Shown here piece after piece: positions 52,846-62,096 of a stretch of DNA of 64,000 nt (position 1 is its first letter; each line of letters opens with the position of its first letter). Source of the stretch: Terriglobia bacterium (GTDB lineage: Bacteria > Acidobacteriota > Terriglobia > Acidiferrales > UBA7541); NCBI GenBank assembly GCA_963695545.1, contig OY968796.1, forward strand, positions 928,001-992,000. Direction: 5' to 3'. Position numbers and translations under genes: made by a program. Under the pieces are notes generated by a model. It had not been told where the DNA came from. It was given only the letters and a program-made list of their open reading frames with translations, and searched no databases.

Positions 52846-54144
52846 ATGAGCGCCCTAGCGAATGAATTGAAAATGACGGATCGAATCCATGCGCGCTATT
52901 GGATTGAAACCGCGTATCCGCTGGCGGACGCGGCCGCGATGATGGCCGGCGAACAATCGACCGGCACGTTCGTTCGCGTTCCCGGCGAAACCGACGAATT
53001 GCGGGAGCGCTACGCAGCACGTGTGGAACAAATCACGGAGATCGGAATCGTCGAGCGCCCCTCCCTGCCCGGCTCGGGATTGCCGAAAGGCGCGAGAGCC
53101 GATGTCCAGCGGCGCGCCGCGGAAGTGGAACTGTCGTGGCCGATTGCGAACATGGGTCCTTCATTGCCGAATGTGATGGCCGCGGTCGCCGGCAATCTTT
53201 CCGAGCTTCGTCCGTTCTCCGGACTGAAATTGCTCGATGTGAAGCTTCCGCCGATTTTTCTTGAACGCTACGCAGGCCCGCAATTCGGAGTTGCCGGAAC
53301 ACGATCTCTCTGCGGCGTGTACGAACGGCCGGTGATCGGCACGATCATTAAACCGAGCGTCGGAATGTCTCCCGAAGCCACGGCGGAACGTGTGCGCGAG
53401 CTCGCGGAAGCCGGCGTGGACTTTATAAAGGATGATGAACTGCAAGCGAACGGCCTCGACTGTCCATTTGAAAAACGATTCCGGGCGGTTCAGGGCGTCA
53501 TCAATCGCCACGCCGATCGTACCGGCAAGAAAGTGATGTATGCAGCCAACATCACCGGAGAAATCGACGAGATGCTCGATCGCCTGGCGCAGATCGGGGC
53601 GCAGGGCGGAACTTGCGCGATGGTCAGCATGAATAGCATCGGCCTTCCAGCCATGACCGTGATTCGGAAACATTCTCGCGTCGCTATCCACGGCCATCGC
53701 AACGGTTGGGGCATGCTCGGACGGAGCCCCGCGATCGGAATGAGTTTTGTGGCTTATCAGAAGTTTTGGCGTCTGGCCGGAGTTGACCACCTGCACGTCA
53801 ACGGTCTGCAAAATAAATTCTGCGAAGACGACAGTTCGGTAATCGCGTCCGCTCGTGAGTGCCTGACGCCGATGTTCGCCGTCCCCGGCCGCGGCTGTGA
53901 AGTCATGCCGGTTTTTTCTTCAGGCCAATCCGCGCGCCAGGCACCGGAAACATATCGCGCGCTGGGCTCAACCGATCTGATCTTCGCCGCCGGCGGCGGC
54001 ATTCTGGCGCATCCGGCGGGCCCTGCCGCGGGCGTGCGGAGTCTGCATCAGGCCTGGGAAGCAGCCATTCTCGGCGTGCCGCTTGCGGAGTACGCGACGA
54101 ATCACGCGGAACTCAAAGCCGCGCTCCAAAAGTTTGCCGCGTGA
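52846..54144 (+). CDS. RuBisCO-like protein (form IV), OiaT/OiaX-like
   Basis: AGEQSTGT, GTIIKPSVG (second Lys replaced by Ser), DFIKDDE, HGHR, DHLH, NKF, FSSG, AGGG..HP; no small subunit or phosphoribulokinase in the window. Confidence 0.92.
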   Translation: MSALANELKMTDRIHARYWIETAYPLADAAAMMAGEQSTGTFVRVPGETDELRERYAARVEQITEIGIVERPSLPGSGLPKGARADVQRRAAEVELSWPIANMGPSLPNVMAAVAGNLSELRPFSGLKLLDVKLPPIFLERYAGPQFGVAGTRSLCGVYERPVIGTIIKPSVGMSPEATAERVRELAEAGVDFIKDDELQANGLDCPFEKRFRAVQGVINRHADRTGKKVMYAANITGEIDEMLDRLAQIGAQGGTCAMVSMNSIGLPAMTVIRKHSRVAIHGHRNGWGMLGRSPAIGMSFVAYQKFWRLAGVDHLHVNGLQNKFCEDDSSVIASARECLTPMFAVPGRGCEVMPVFSSGQSARQAPETYRALGSTDLIFAAGGGILAHPAGPAAGVRSLHQAWEAAILGVPLAEYATNHAELKAALQKFAA

Positions 54145-54151
54145 CGCCGCG

Positions 54152-55459
54152 ATGAATGCTCCGCTGTTCGCGTATTACGGCGACGACTTCACCGGTTCCA
54201 CCGACGTTTTGGAGGCCCTCGCCGGAAACGGCGTCCGCACAGTTTTATTTCCAGGATTGCCGAGCGAGAAACATTTGCGCGCCTTTGCGGATTGCCGCGC
54301 GATCGGAATCGCGGGAGAAAGCCGGAGCCGAGATCCGCAATGGATGACGGAAAATCTCGGCGCTGCGTTTTCGTTTCTGCAAAAGCTCGGCGCGCCCGTC
54401 AATCTCTACAAAGTGTGCTCCACGTTTGACAGCTCTCCGCAAGTGGGCAGCATCGGTCGCGCGCTTGAAATCGGCCAGGACGTTTTCCGAGCGTCCATGA
54501 TTCCGATCGTAGTCGCGGCTCCGCATCTTCGGCGTTACGTGATGTTCGCAAATCTGTTTGCCGAAGGAGGCGATGGAATCTACCGCATCGATCGCCATCC
54601 CACGATGATGCGCCACCCCGTCACGCCGATGACGGAAAGCGATTTGCGCCTGCATCTCGCCAAGCAAACGAAGCGCTCCATCGGTCTGTTGGACATCGTT
54701 GCGCTGCACGGCGAGCGCTCAAGCGAAAAGCTGCGCGACTTAGCGCGCGAAGGATATCGCGCGATTGTATTCGACGGACTCGACGAAGTGTCTTTGGAAA
54801 AAACCGGCCGATTGCTGTGGCCAAAGGACTCCACACGGCAAGAATTTGTGATTGGCAGCTCGGGCGCGGCCTACGCGTTCGTCGCACACTGGCGGGAGAC
54901 TGGTGTGCTGCCGCCGGCGATGCCTTCAGAACCGATTCGTAAAGTGGATCGACTCTTGGTGCTATCCGGCAGTTGCTCGCCTGTGACCGAGAAACAAATT
55001 CGCACGGCGGTGTCTCAGGGCTACGTGGGAATTCCGCTCGACGCGGCGTCCGTTTGCGCGCATGACGCGCGCGCACTCGATGCGCATTTTAATCAGGCGA
55101 AGCAAGCTCTCGCTGCGGGCCGCAGCGTGATTCTTTATAGCGCGATGGGGCAGGCCGATCCGGCGCTCGCCGCGCACGGCGATGATCTGGCGATCGAGAT
55201 GGGGCGGCTCTTGCGGCGGCTGGTCACCGAGTGCGCCGCGCGGCGCGTGGTGATCGCCGGCGGCGACACTTCGGGTAAGGCCGCGCAGCAACTTGGCCTT
55301 CACGCCTTGACATTCGTCGCGTCCACCCAACCGGGCGCGCCGCTGTGCCGGGGCCACGCGAACGATCCAGCTCTCGATGGCCTCGAAATCGTCTTGAAGG
55401 GCGGCCAAGTCGGCACGCCGGATTTTTTTGAATTTGTCCGGCGCGGCGGAATTAACTGA
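54152..55459 (+). CDS. Four-carbon acid sugar kinase (DUF1537; OiaK-like)
   Basis: YGDDFTG..D, SRS, YKVCSTFDS, HP.TPM.ESD, SGSCS..T, AGGDTS, LKGGQVG. Confidence 0.9.
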   Translation: MNAPLFAYYGDDFTGSTDVLEALAGNGVRTVLFPGLPSEKHLRAFADCRAIGIAGESRSRDPQWMTENLGAAFSFLQKLGAPVNLYKVCSTFDSSPQVGSIGRALEIGQDVFRASMIPIVVAAPHLRRYVMFANLFAEGGDGIYRIDRHPTMMRHPVTPMTESDLRLHLAKQTKRSIGLLDIVALHGERSSEKLRDLAREGYRAIVFDGLDEVSLEKTGRLLWPKDSTRQEFVIGSSGAAYAFVAHWRETGVLPPAMPSEPIRKVDRLLVLSGSCSPVTEKQIRTAVSQGYVGIPLDAASVCAHDARALDAHFNQAKQALAAGRSVILYSAMGQADPALAAHGDDLAIEMGRLLRRLVTECAARRVVIAGGDTSGKAAQQLGLHALTFVASTQPGAPLCRGHANDPALDGLEIVLKGGQVGTPDFFEFVRRGGIN

Positions 55460-56708
55460 CGGAGATCGCGGTCTCAGCGAGCAGCGGCTTGCTGGCATCC
55501 ACGCGAGCGAAAATTCCTGCGGCAACAAACACCATCGCCGCCACGAACCACAAGGGTTTATTGTAACTGCCGGTGATTCGGATCCCGTATCCGAATAACA
55601 CCGTGCAAAGCGCGCCGCCGAATTGCCCTGCGGTGTTCATCACACCGCTCACGGTTCCTGCAAACTCGCCTCCGATATCGAGGCACAGCGACCACGCGGA
55701 CGGCAGCATCAAATCCGTCACGCCGAATCCGAGGCACGCGAGCACAACGACCGCCGTCTTGCCGCTCACAAGCGACATTCCCATCAGCATTCCCGATCCG
55801 ACGATCAGCGCACTTGAAAGCACCACCCTGCGGCCAAACTTCAAGCCATAGCGTTTGACGAACGAATCGCTCACGAATCCACCGGCCAGATTTCCGGCGA
55901 TCCCACATACGAAAGGAAGCGCGGCGTAGAACCCCATTTGGCGTTCCGAGAAACGCGCGCTGCGAATCAGCCAGCTTGGAAACCAGGTGAAATAGAAATA
56001 GCTTCCCCACGCGTAACAGAAATAGGCGACGCTGATCATCCAGAGCTGCCGCGATTCCAGCAATCGTTTCCAGGGAATGGCGTTTCGCGTCCCCGTGTGC
56101 GCGCCCATTGCGATTTCATTTAACTCTTCTTCGCGGATTCCCGGCTGCTCGCGCGGGACATCGCGGAACCACAGTCGCCACACCGTAGCCCACGCTACGC
56201 CAAGCACGCCAAAGAGTACGAAAACGGATCGCCAGCCGATGCGCGTCTGCAAGGGCACAACCAGCAGTGGCGTCAACACTCCTCCCAATCGGCTGGCCGC
56301 CCAGATAAAACTTTGCGCACGCGCGCGCTCGGTCGTCGGAAACCATCGCGACACGACTCCGGCGGCGTTGGGGTAGGCGCCGGCTTCCCCCGCGCCAAAC
56401 AGGAAGCGCACGATCACAAGCTGCCAGAAGGAAAAACACGCGGCCGTTGCCGCCATGAAGGCTGACCACCACGCCACGATGCGCGTCAACTCCCGGCGCT
56501 GCCCGTGCCGATCACCCATCGCGCCCGAGGGGATTTCAAATAGCCCGCACGACAGCACGAACGCGCCGAGCACCCAACCCCAGCGCTCCGGAGGAATATG
56601 CAGTTGATCCTGAATCAGGGGGCCGGAAACTGCGATCGAAAGCCGGTCGAGAAAAGTTATGGCCGAAAGCACGACAAGCAGAAAAAGTACGATGTACCTT
56701 TTCCTCAA
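55452..56708 (-). CDS. MFS transporter, anion/sugar-acid (ACS-like)
   Basis: ITFLDR..I, FEIPSG..GDR.G.R, RFLFGAGEAG.YP, RWFP..ER.RA, SG.MNT.G..GG; stop overlaps the kinase stop. Confidence 0.88.
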   Translation of the reverse strand: MRKRYIVLFLLVVLSAITFLDRLSIAVSGPLIQDQLHIPPERWGWVLGAFVLSCGLFEIPSGAMGDRHGQRRELTRIVAWWSAFMAATAACFSFWQLVIVRFLFGAGEAGAYPNAAGVVSRWFPTTERARAQSFIWAASRLGGVLTPLLVVPLQTRIGWRSVFVLFGVLGVAWATVWRLWFRDVPREQPGIREEELNEIAMGAHTGTRNAIPWKRLLESRQLWMISVAYFCYAWGSYFYFTWFPSWLIRSARFSERQMGFYAALPFVCGIAGNLAGGFVSDSFVKRYGLKFGRRVVLSSALIVGSGMLMGMSLVSGKTAVVVLACLGFGVTDLMLPSAWSLCLDIGGEFAGTVSGVMNTAGQFGGALCTVLFGYGIRITGSYNKPLWFVAAMVFVAAGIFARVDASKPLLAETAISVS

Positions 56709-57397
56709 GCGGCGCCTTCTCGATTTGTTTGCGCCCGGCGGCGCAGCACCTCTCTCGCTCGAAGCACGGCGAGCTCCGGACTAGACAGCACGGGAACACG
56801 AATCGCGCCGGCGGGCAGATTGGCGAGCACGCGCGCCATGGACGCTTGCGCCAGCACAATCACATCCACCTCCGGCGCCATCTGCAGCAGCGCTTCGGAC
56901 ACGATGCGATCGTGTGTCTCGGTGTCGCCGGAGAGAACCGCGTCAAATGCTTTCGCGCAGAGACCTTCGATGAGTTCGACCGGGCGCCCGACCGCCGCGG
57001 CTTTCTCGGCAAGCAGCGCCATCGTCGGCTCAAGCGTAGTGCGCAACGTCGCCAGGACTCCGATGCGTCGACCCACTTCGATCGCCTTCTCCGCCATGGC
57101 TTCATCCACGCGAAACACCGGAATATCGAAAACTTTCTGCGCCAACGCCGCTCCCGGGCCAATGGACGAGCATGTGACCATCACGGCAGTCGCGCCGGCA
57201 GCTTCGGCCGACTCAATCATCGAAATCAATCGGCGAATCGTGAGCTTGCGCAGTTTTTGGTGCGCGATCGTGTCACGAATCAGGCTTTCATCGACCATGT
57301 GGAAGGTTGCGACGCCGGGCAGATGCTGCTTGCAGAGCGCGGCAAACACGGGCGTAAGCACGGGGCTGGTGTGAATCAGCGTTAGCGTTTCCGGCAT
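56705..57397 (-). CDS. Asp/Glu/hydantoin racemase-superfamily protein (single catalytic-type Cys)
   Basis: LIHT, VDESL, TCSSIG, RVDEAM, IGVLAT..TTL, VIVLAQASM, LSSP. Confidence 0.75.
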   Translation of the reverse strand: MPETLTLIHTSPVLTPVFAALCKQHLPGVATFHMVDESLIRDTIAHQKLRKLTIRRLISMIESAEAAGATAVMVTCSSIGPGAALAQKVFDIPVFRVDEAMAEKAIEVGRRIGVLATLRTTLEPTMALLAEKAAAVGRPVELIEGLCAKAFDAVLSGDTETHDRIVSEALLQMAPEVDVIVLAQASMARVLANLPAGAIRVPVLSSPELAVLRAREVLRRRAQTNREGAA

Positions 57398-57444
57398 AAA
57401 TTTATTTCTCCACCCGCATCTCACGATACAGGAAGCGGCGCGAG

Positions 57445-60318
57445 CTATTTCTTCCATTCAAAATAATACTTTCCCGATTCAATCCGGCAGATTACAGCAT
57501 CTTTCTCCGATCGGACTAATTTTACTCCGATCGCATGGTCGAGCGCTTTGCCGCTTTCGGTGATCGTCGCCGCGGTTGGCGAGGGGATGCGAACTTCAGC
57601 TTCCGCACCCACAGGAACTGTCACGTCCAGAGTGCACTCGCCATACTTTTCGCCTCCGACTTCAAGTGGAAGCCGCGCGCGGCATTCCCAGCGGGACTCG
57701 ATTAACCCAAGCGCGGAATCAAAGCCGGCCTGTGCCGATGCGATGTCTCCAACCACCGTGGGATGTATTTCAATTTGCTCGCCCGGAGGTCGCGACAAAT
57801 CGAAATCAATACCCGCCAAGCCGCTGTAGAACCATTCCTCGGCGTCACCCAGCATGAAGTGATCCTGGGATTTCGTCGGATTGGTGTCCCACGCTTCGGT
57901 CAACGTGGTTGCGCCGCGAGCCAATTGATAGCCGTAACTCGGCGAATCGGTGCGCGAAAGCATGTCATAGAGAACATCGGAGCGCCCTCCCTCTTCGAGA
58001 GCCTGCACGACAAAATGAAAACCGACGTCTCCTGCGGTGACATGATTGTCGTGATTCCGGATGTCCTGCACAAGATTGTCCAGCACAGCCTCTCGCCGGT
58101 CGTCCGGCACCAGGCCCGCGGCCAGAGGCATGGCGTTGGCCGTCTGGCTGCCGGTGTCGTACTCGTTGGTTTGCGGGTTAAACATTTTGGCATTGAACGC
58201 GACGCGCACGGCACGCGCGAGCGCCGCATACTTCTGCGCGTCGACATCTTTGCCCAGCAGTAAGGACACTTTGTGAAGCACCGTGAGGTCCAGATAATAA
58301 ATCGACGTCGCGGTTACGCCGCGGCTCGTCAACTGCGATTCTCCGAGCGGGCCCGGGCCAACGTCGTACCAATCGCCCAAGCCATACGAAATGATGTGAT
58401 CGTCGGCGCGCGTCGCGAGATATTCCGCGTACTTCCGCATCACGTCGTATCGCTGCGCGAGCAATCGGCGGTCTCCATAGAACCGATACTCGAGCCACGG
58501 GTCCAGAATCGCCGCGCTGCCCCACTCGGGTGAATCGCGGAAGCCCGCCGGGAAAACGACATACTCGGGCGCCGTGTCTGGCACGAGCCCATTCGGGAGC
58601 TGAGTATCCGCGATGTCGTCCGAAATCTTGCGATACAACTGCGAGAGATCAAAGTTGTACATCAGCGCCGATCCCAGAAGCTGCGTCTCCTCAAGCCAGC
58701 CCAGCTTTTCGCGATGCGGACAGTCGGTCATTACGCTCTGCATATTGCTGCGCATCGCGGCGTCAATCAGTCCGTGAATGCGGTCGAGCAACTCATCGGA
58801 GCTCGAAAAATCTCCTGTAACGCGCGCCGAAGAGTGCACGAATTGCCCCTCGAGCGAAAGCAAAACGGGTTTGCCGTCATCGCCGCCGGGTTTGAGTGTG
58901 GCCCCTTCCACTTGCACGTAACGAAATCCGTAGTAACTGAATCGGGGATGCCAAGTTTCTTGGCCCGAACCTTTGAGCGTGTAAACGAAATACGACGGGC
59001 CACCGGAACTTCGCTGCGATACCAAGCCCGACGAATCCAATAGTTCGCCCGGGAGCAATTTCACTTTGTCGCCGGAATGGCCGGAGACCTTGATCGCGGG
59101 CCAACCCGAGAAATTCTGCCCCAGATCGAAAACTAAGATTCCGGGCTCGGGTTTGGTTTGCGCAACCACTGGATAAACGTGCATCACTCGAATTGGAGGA
59201 ATGAGCTGCGTCGAGAGCCGCCCGCCAGGCCCGTTCACTTCGACCGCCGGCGTCCACGCGGCATCGTTGAAGCCGGGCTCATCCCATCCGGCTTGTTCCA
59301 ATCGCGCGTCGTAATCTTCTCCACCGTATTCAGACGAAAAAGTAATAGGTCCCGGCGCGGTTTTCCACGAGGAGTCGCTGAGGATTACCGCTTCGGTCCC
59401 GTCGAGATAACGAACATGCATTTGGAAAATAAGCTTGGGCTGGCCGAACGTTCCCACAAATTTCTGGTACCGGCCCGGCGTGCGCGGCACGTTATACATG
59501 CCGTTGCCGAGCATGATGCCGATGGCATTTTCGCCGGATTTGATGAGGCTGGTCACATCGTACACGTTGCACAGAACGGCCTTGCGATAATTTGTCCAGC
59601 CGGGCGTCAAGAGATCTTCGCTGACCTTCGTGCCATTCATGCGCAATTCGTATTGTCCCAAACCGCTGACATACACCACGGCTCTTTCCACGGGCTTGGC
59701 GAGATTGAATCCATGCCGGAAGATCGGAAGCGGACGAGGCGGCGGCGCATTCGTTAAGTCCTTGGCAGCCGGCGCGGCGGATTCGCTATCGGGCTCGGCC
59801 GCGATCCACTTCGCTTTCCAATCTGCGGGTTCGAGCAATCCCATTTGCCATTGGGCGGCGTCGCTCCATACCGACGCGACGCCGTCTTGGTCCCAGACGC
59901 GCACTTTCCAGTAGTAGATTCCGTTCGATTTCAATTCCTTGCCGAAATATTCGATCTGGATCGTGCGATTTGACGCGGCCTTCCCACTGTCCCACATATC
60001 GCCGACGTCTTTGGCAAGAAGCGAAGCCGACGACGCGACCAGAATACGGTACGACGTCTGGCGCAGGCCCCTCCGTTCGCTGCCGAGGGCTTCCAGCTGC
60101 CAGCTCAGAAGCGGGCGACGCGTCTCAATCCCGAGCGGATTCTCCAATTGCTCGCAGCGCAGAAGGGTTATCCGAATCGTGCCGAGCGGCGCTCGGCGGA
60201 CGGCGATCGACTGGCTTGTGTTCGCCTTGGCGGGAGAACTTCGAGCAGCCGGAACAATTCCCAGGACCAAACCGATCGCGAAGAATTTGACGACGCGGCG
60301 CTGGCGGCGAGTTCCCAA
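57445..60318 (-). CDS. GH78 alpha-L-rhamnosidase (large multidomain type), exported; start uncertain
   Basis: WDSGK, GLGQYE, PGWTNY, GEDYDAR, DLGQNFSG, YYGFRY, TDCPHREKLGW, GDW, GATTL.E.W, SQDH. The track start at 60483 lies inside a predicted promoter; TTG 60318 gives a signal-peptide-like N-terminus. Confidence 0.88.
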   Translation of the reverse strand: MGTRRQRRVVKFFAIGLVLGIVPAARSSPAKANTSQSIAVRRAPLGTIRITLLRCEQLENPLGIETRRPLLSWQLEALGSERRGLRQTSYRILVASSASLLAKDVGDMWDSGKAASNRTIQIEYFGKELKSNGIYYWKVRVWDQDGVASVWSDAAQWQMGLLEPADWKAKWIAAEPDSESAAPAAKDLTNAPPPRPLPIFRHGFNLAKPVERAVVYVSGLGQYELRMNGTKVSEDLLTPGWTNYRKAVLCNVYDVTSLIKSGENAIGIMLGNGMYNVPRTPGRYQKFVGTFGQPKLIFQMHVRYLDGTEAVILSDSSWKTAPGPITFSSEYGGEDYDARLEQAGWDEPGFNDAAWTPAVEVNGPGGRLSTQLIPPIRVMHVYPVVAQTKPEPGILVFDLGQNFSGWPAIKVSGHSGDKVKLLPGELLDSSGLVSQRSSGGPSYFVYTLKGSGQETWHPRFSYYGFRYVQVEGATLKPGGDDGKPVLLSLEGQFVHSSARVTGDFSSSDELLDRIHGLIDAAMRSNMQSVMTDCPHREKLGWLEETQLLGSALMYNFDLSQLYRKISDDIADTQLPNGLVPDTAPEYVVFPAGFRDSPEWGSAAILDPWLEYRFYGDRRLLAQRYDVMRKYAEYLATRADDHIISYGLGDWYDVGPGPLGESQLTSRGVTATSIYYLDLTVLHKVSLLLGKDVDAQKYAALARAVRVAFNAKMFNPQTNEYDTGSQTANAMPLAAGLVPDDRREAVLDNLVQDIRNHDNHVTAGDVGFHFVVQALEEGGRSDVLYDMLSRTDSPSYGYQLARGATTLTEAWDTNPTKSQDHFMLGDAEEWFYSGLAGIDFDLSRPPGEQIEIHPTVVGDIASAQAGFDSALGLIESRWECRARLPLEVGGEKYGECTLDVTVPVGAEAEVRIPSPTAATITESGKALDHAIGVKLVRSEKDAVICRIESGKYYFEWKK

Positions 60319-60461
60319 GGTGCAAGCAAACACCCGAGATGGCGCGCAATGCAAGGTCCGTGCGCTCGAGAAGGGGCCGGTCCCGCCGCTAGGGGCAAGA
60401 GGGGCGCAGCCGCTCTCGCTATCGGCGGAGTGGACCGATTTTGTCCAGCGAGAGAAGCGCA

Positions 60462-60516
60462 AGAATATTCGGGGAACGCGCAATTGTCAATAGTAATGCA
60501 GATTGCCTATTGAAAT
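60462..60516 (-). promoter_or_regulatory. Sigma70 promoter of the GH78-racemase-MFS operon with upstream operator
   Basis: Minus strand TTGACA (60490-60485)-17-TATTCT (60467-60462); motif ATTGCCTATTGAAAT at 60502-60516. Confidence 0.7.
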
Positions 60517-60885
60517 ACTGGATTTCCGTCCCCAAATGTTCAATAATGCGCCGTCGCAAAGCAGGGAACCAAGGGCGGCCCGGCTTTTTCGCCCATAAAA
60601 TGGGTTTTTAGCGCTCGCCAGGATGATGTTTTCGCGGAGTGTGGCGAATAACGGTGCTGGTCCTCCGAATGTCTGGGCTTGCGTCAATGTGCCTGATGCC
60701 AGGTGACAGCGTAAGGATGAAAGCATTGGTGTTCCCTCTTCCATCCAGAATCCATGTTGCCGAAAATCGACGATGGCTCCGTCCGGCGCCGGCTCGCGTG
60801 GGGCGGAAGAGAGCGCGCGCGATCATTCCCGGCGTCCAGAGACACTCGCTCTCGATTCTGAAATCTCTGTCGTGAGGTACCGGTT

Positions 60886-61986
60886 TTGCGGAAGACGGGC
60901 CTAAAGCGGTTGTATCTGATTCCAGTGCTCTCAAAGGCGCTGGATGTTCTGGACCTTCTGCAGAAGGGGGGACAACCGCTTTCGCTGGAATCTATTTATC
61001 AGCAAACGAACATCTCCAAGACCACGGTCTATCGCATTCTCAAGACATTTGTGCATCGCGGATATTTGGCGCAGTCGGATGACGGGCTCTACCGCATGGT
61101 CGCGCGGCTCAAGAAAGCAAGATTTGGATTTGGAAGCCAATCGGCCGAGTTGCCTTTCTCAAACGCGGTCACCGACAGCCTCAAGTCCGCCGCGGCGGCG
61201 ACCGGCGTCGATTTGGTGGTGATGGACAATCGCTATAGCGGTTCCGCGGCAGTTCACAATGCCGACGAATTCGTTTGCCAGCGCGTGGACGTGGTCATCG
61301 AATTCCAAATCGATCAGCACTGCGCTCCGATTATCGCCGATCGATTTGACGGCGCGGGGATTCCCTTCATTGCCGTGGATATCCCGCATCCTCACGCCAT
61401 CTTCTTCGGAGTGAACAACTATCGCGTTGGATTTGAAGCCGGCTCATTCGCCGCGAAGCACGCCTCAAAAATGTGGGACGGTAAACCGCCGTTGGTCTTG
61501 GGTTTGGACGTTGAGGAAGCGGGCCCCTTGGTGCAAAGCCGGATCACCGGGGCGTTTGAAGGGGTTCGCTCCGTGTACACGGAAATCGAGGATCAGAATT
61601 TCCTGCGATTGGATGGCCGCGGGCTTCGCGAAAAAAGCTACCGAGTCGTCCTGGACTTCCTCAATCGCCATCCCAAGGAGCAGCGCATTCTGATCGTGGC
61701 CGCAACGGACACGAGCGCCTTAGGGGCGCTGCACGCGGTGCAGGAATTAAAGCGCGAAAAGCACGTGGCCATCGTAGGACAGGAGTCCATTCCGGAAGCC
61801 ATCGAGGCTATGAGTGTGCCCGGCAGTCCGTTCATCGGCTCGGTCTCGCACGAGGCGCACACTTACGGTCCGCGGCTGATTCAGCTCGGCCTCGCGCTGC
61901 TGAACGGCCAGCGCGTTCCGCCCTACAGCTACGTCGATCACAAACTCGTGACCGCCGCCGAGGTCCGCGGAAATCTTCGGGAGTGA
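60886..61986 (+). CDS. Regulator: IclR-type HTH fused to an RbsB/LacI-type sugar-binding domain
   Basis: Y.IPVLSKALD.L..L...ISKTTVYRIL.T..RGYL; then PF...V..., GIP.IAVDI, FGVNNY..G...G, R..G, IVGQ. Confidence 0.8.
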   Translation: MRKTGLKRLYLIPVLSKALDVLDLLQKGGQPLSLESIYQQTNISKTTVYRILKTFVHRGYLAQSDDGLYRMVARLKKARFGFGSQSAELPFSNAVTDSLKSAAAATGVDLVVMDNRYSGSAAVHNADEFVCQRVDVVIEFQIDQHCAPIIADRFDGAGIPFIAVDIPHPHAIFFGVNNYRVGFEAGSFAAKHASKMWDGKPPLVLGLDVEEAGPLVQSRITGAFEGVRSVYTEIEDQNFLRLDGRGLREKSYRVVLDFLNRHPKEQRILIVAATDTSALGALHAVQELKREKHVAIVGQESIPEAIEAMSVPGSPFIGSVSHEAHTYGPRLIQLGLALLNGQRVPPYSYVDHKLVTAAEVRGNLRE

Positions 61987-62096
61987 GGCCGTGGCGCGCT
62001 GAGAATTCCGCGGGGCGCGAAGTGTTCCGGATTCTCGCAGACGCATCCCGGCTTCTGTCTTGAAAACTGCGCTTCCTCGATTGATTTGGAACTCGG

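Noticed and set aside
52846..54144. RuBisCO as evidence of Calvin-cycle autotrophy
   Set aside because: KPS replaces KPK, no rbcS or prk is present, and the context is a DUF1537 kinase and glycosidases: form IV RLP.
60319..60483. N-terminal extension of GH78 in the ORF track
   Set aside because: The predicted TTG start lies between the -35 and -10 of a good promoter, and the extension precedes the signal-like segment.
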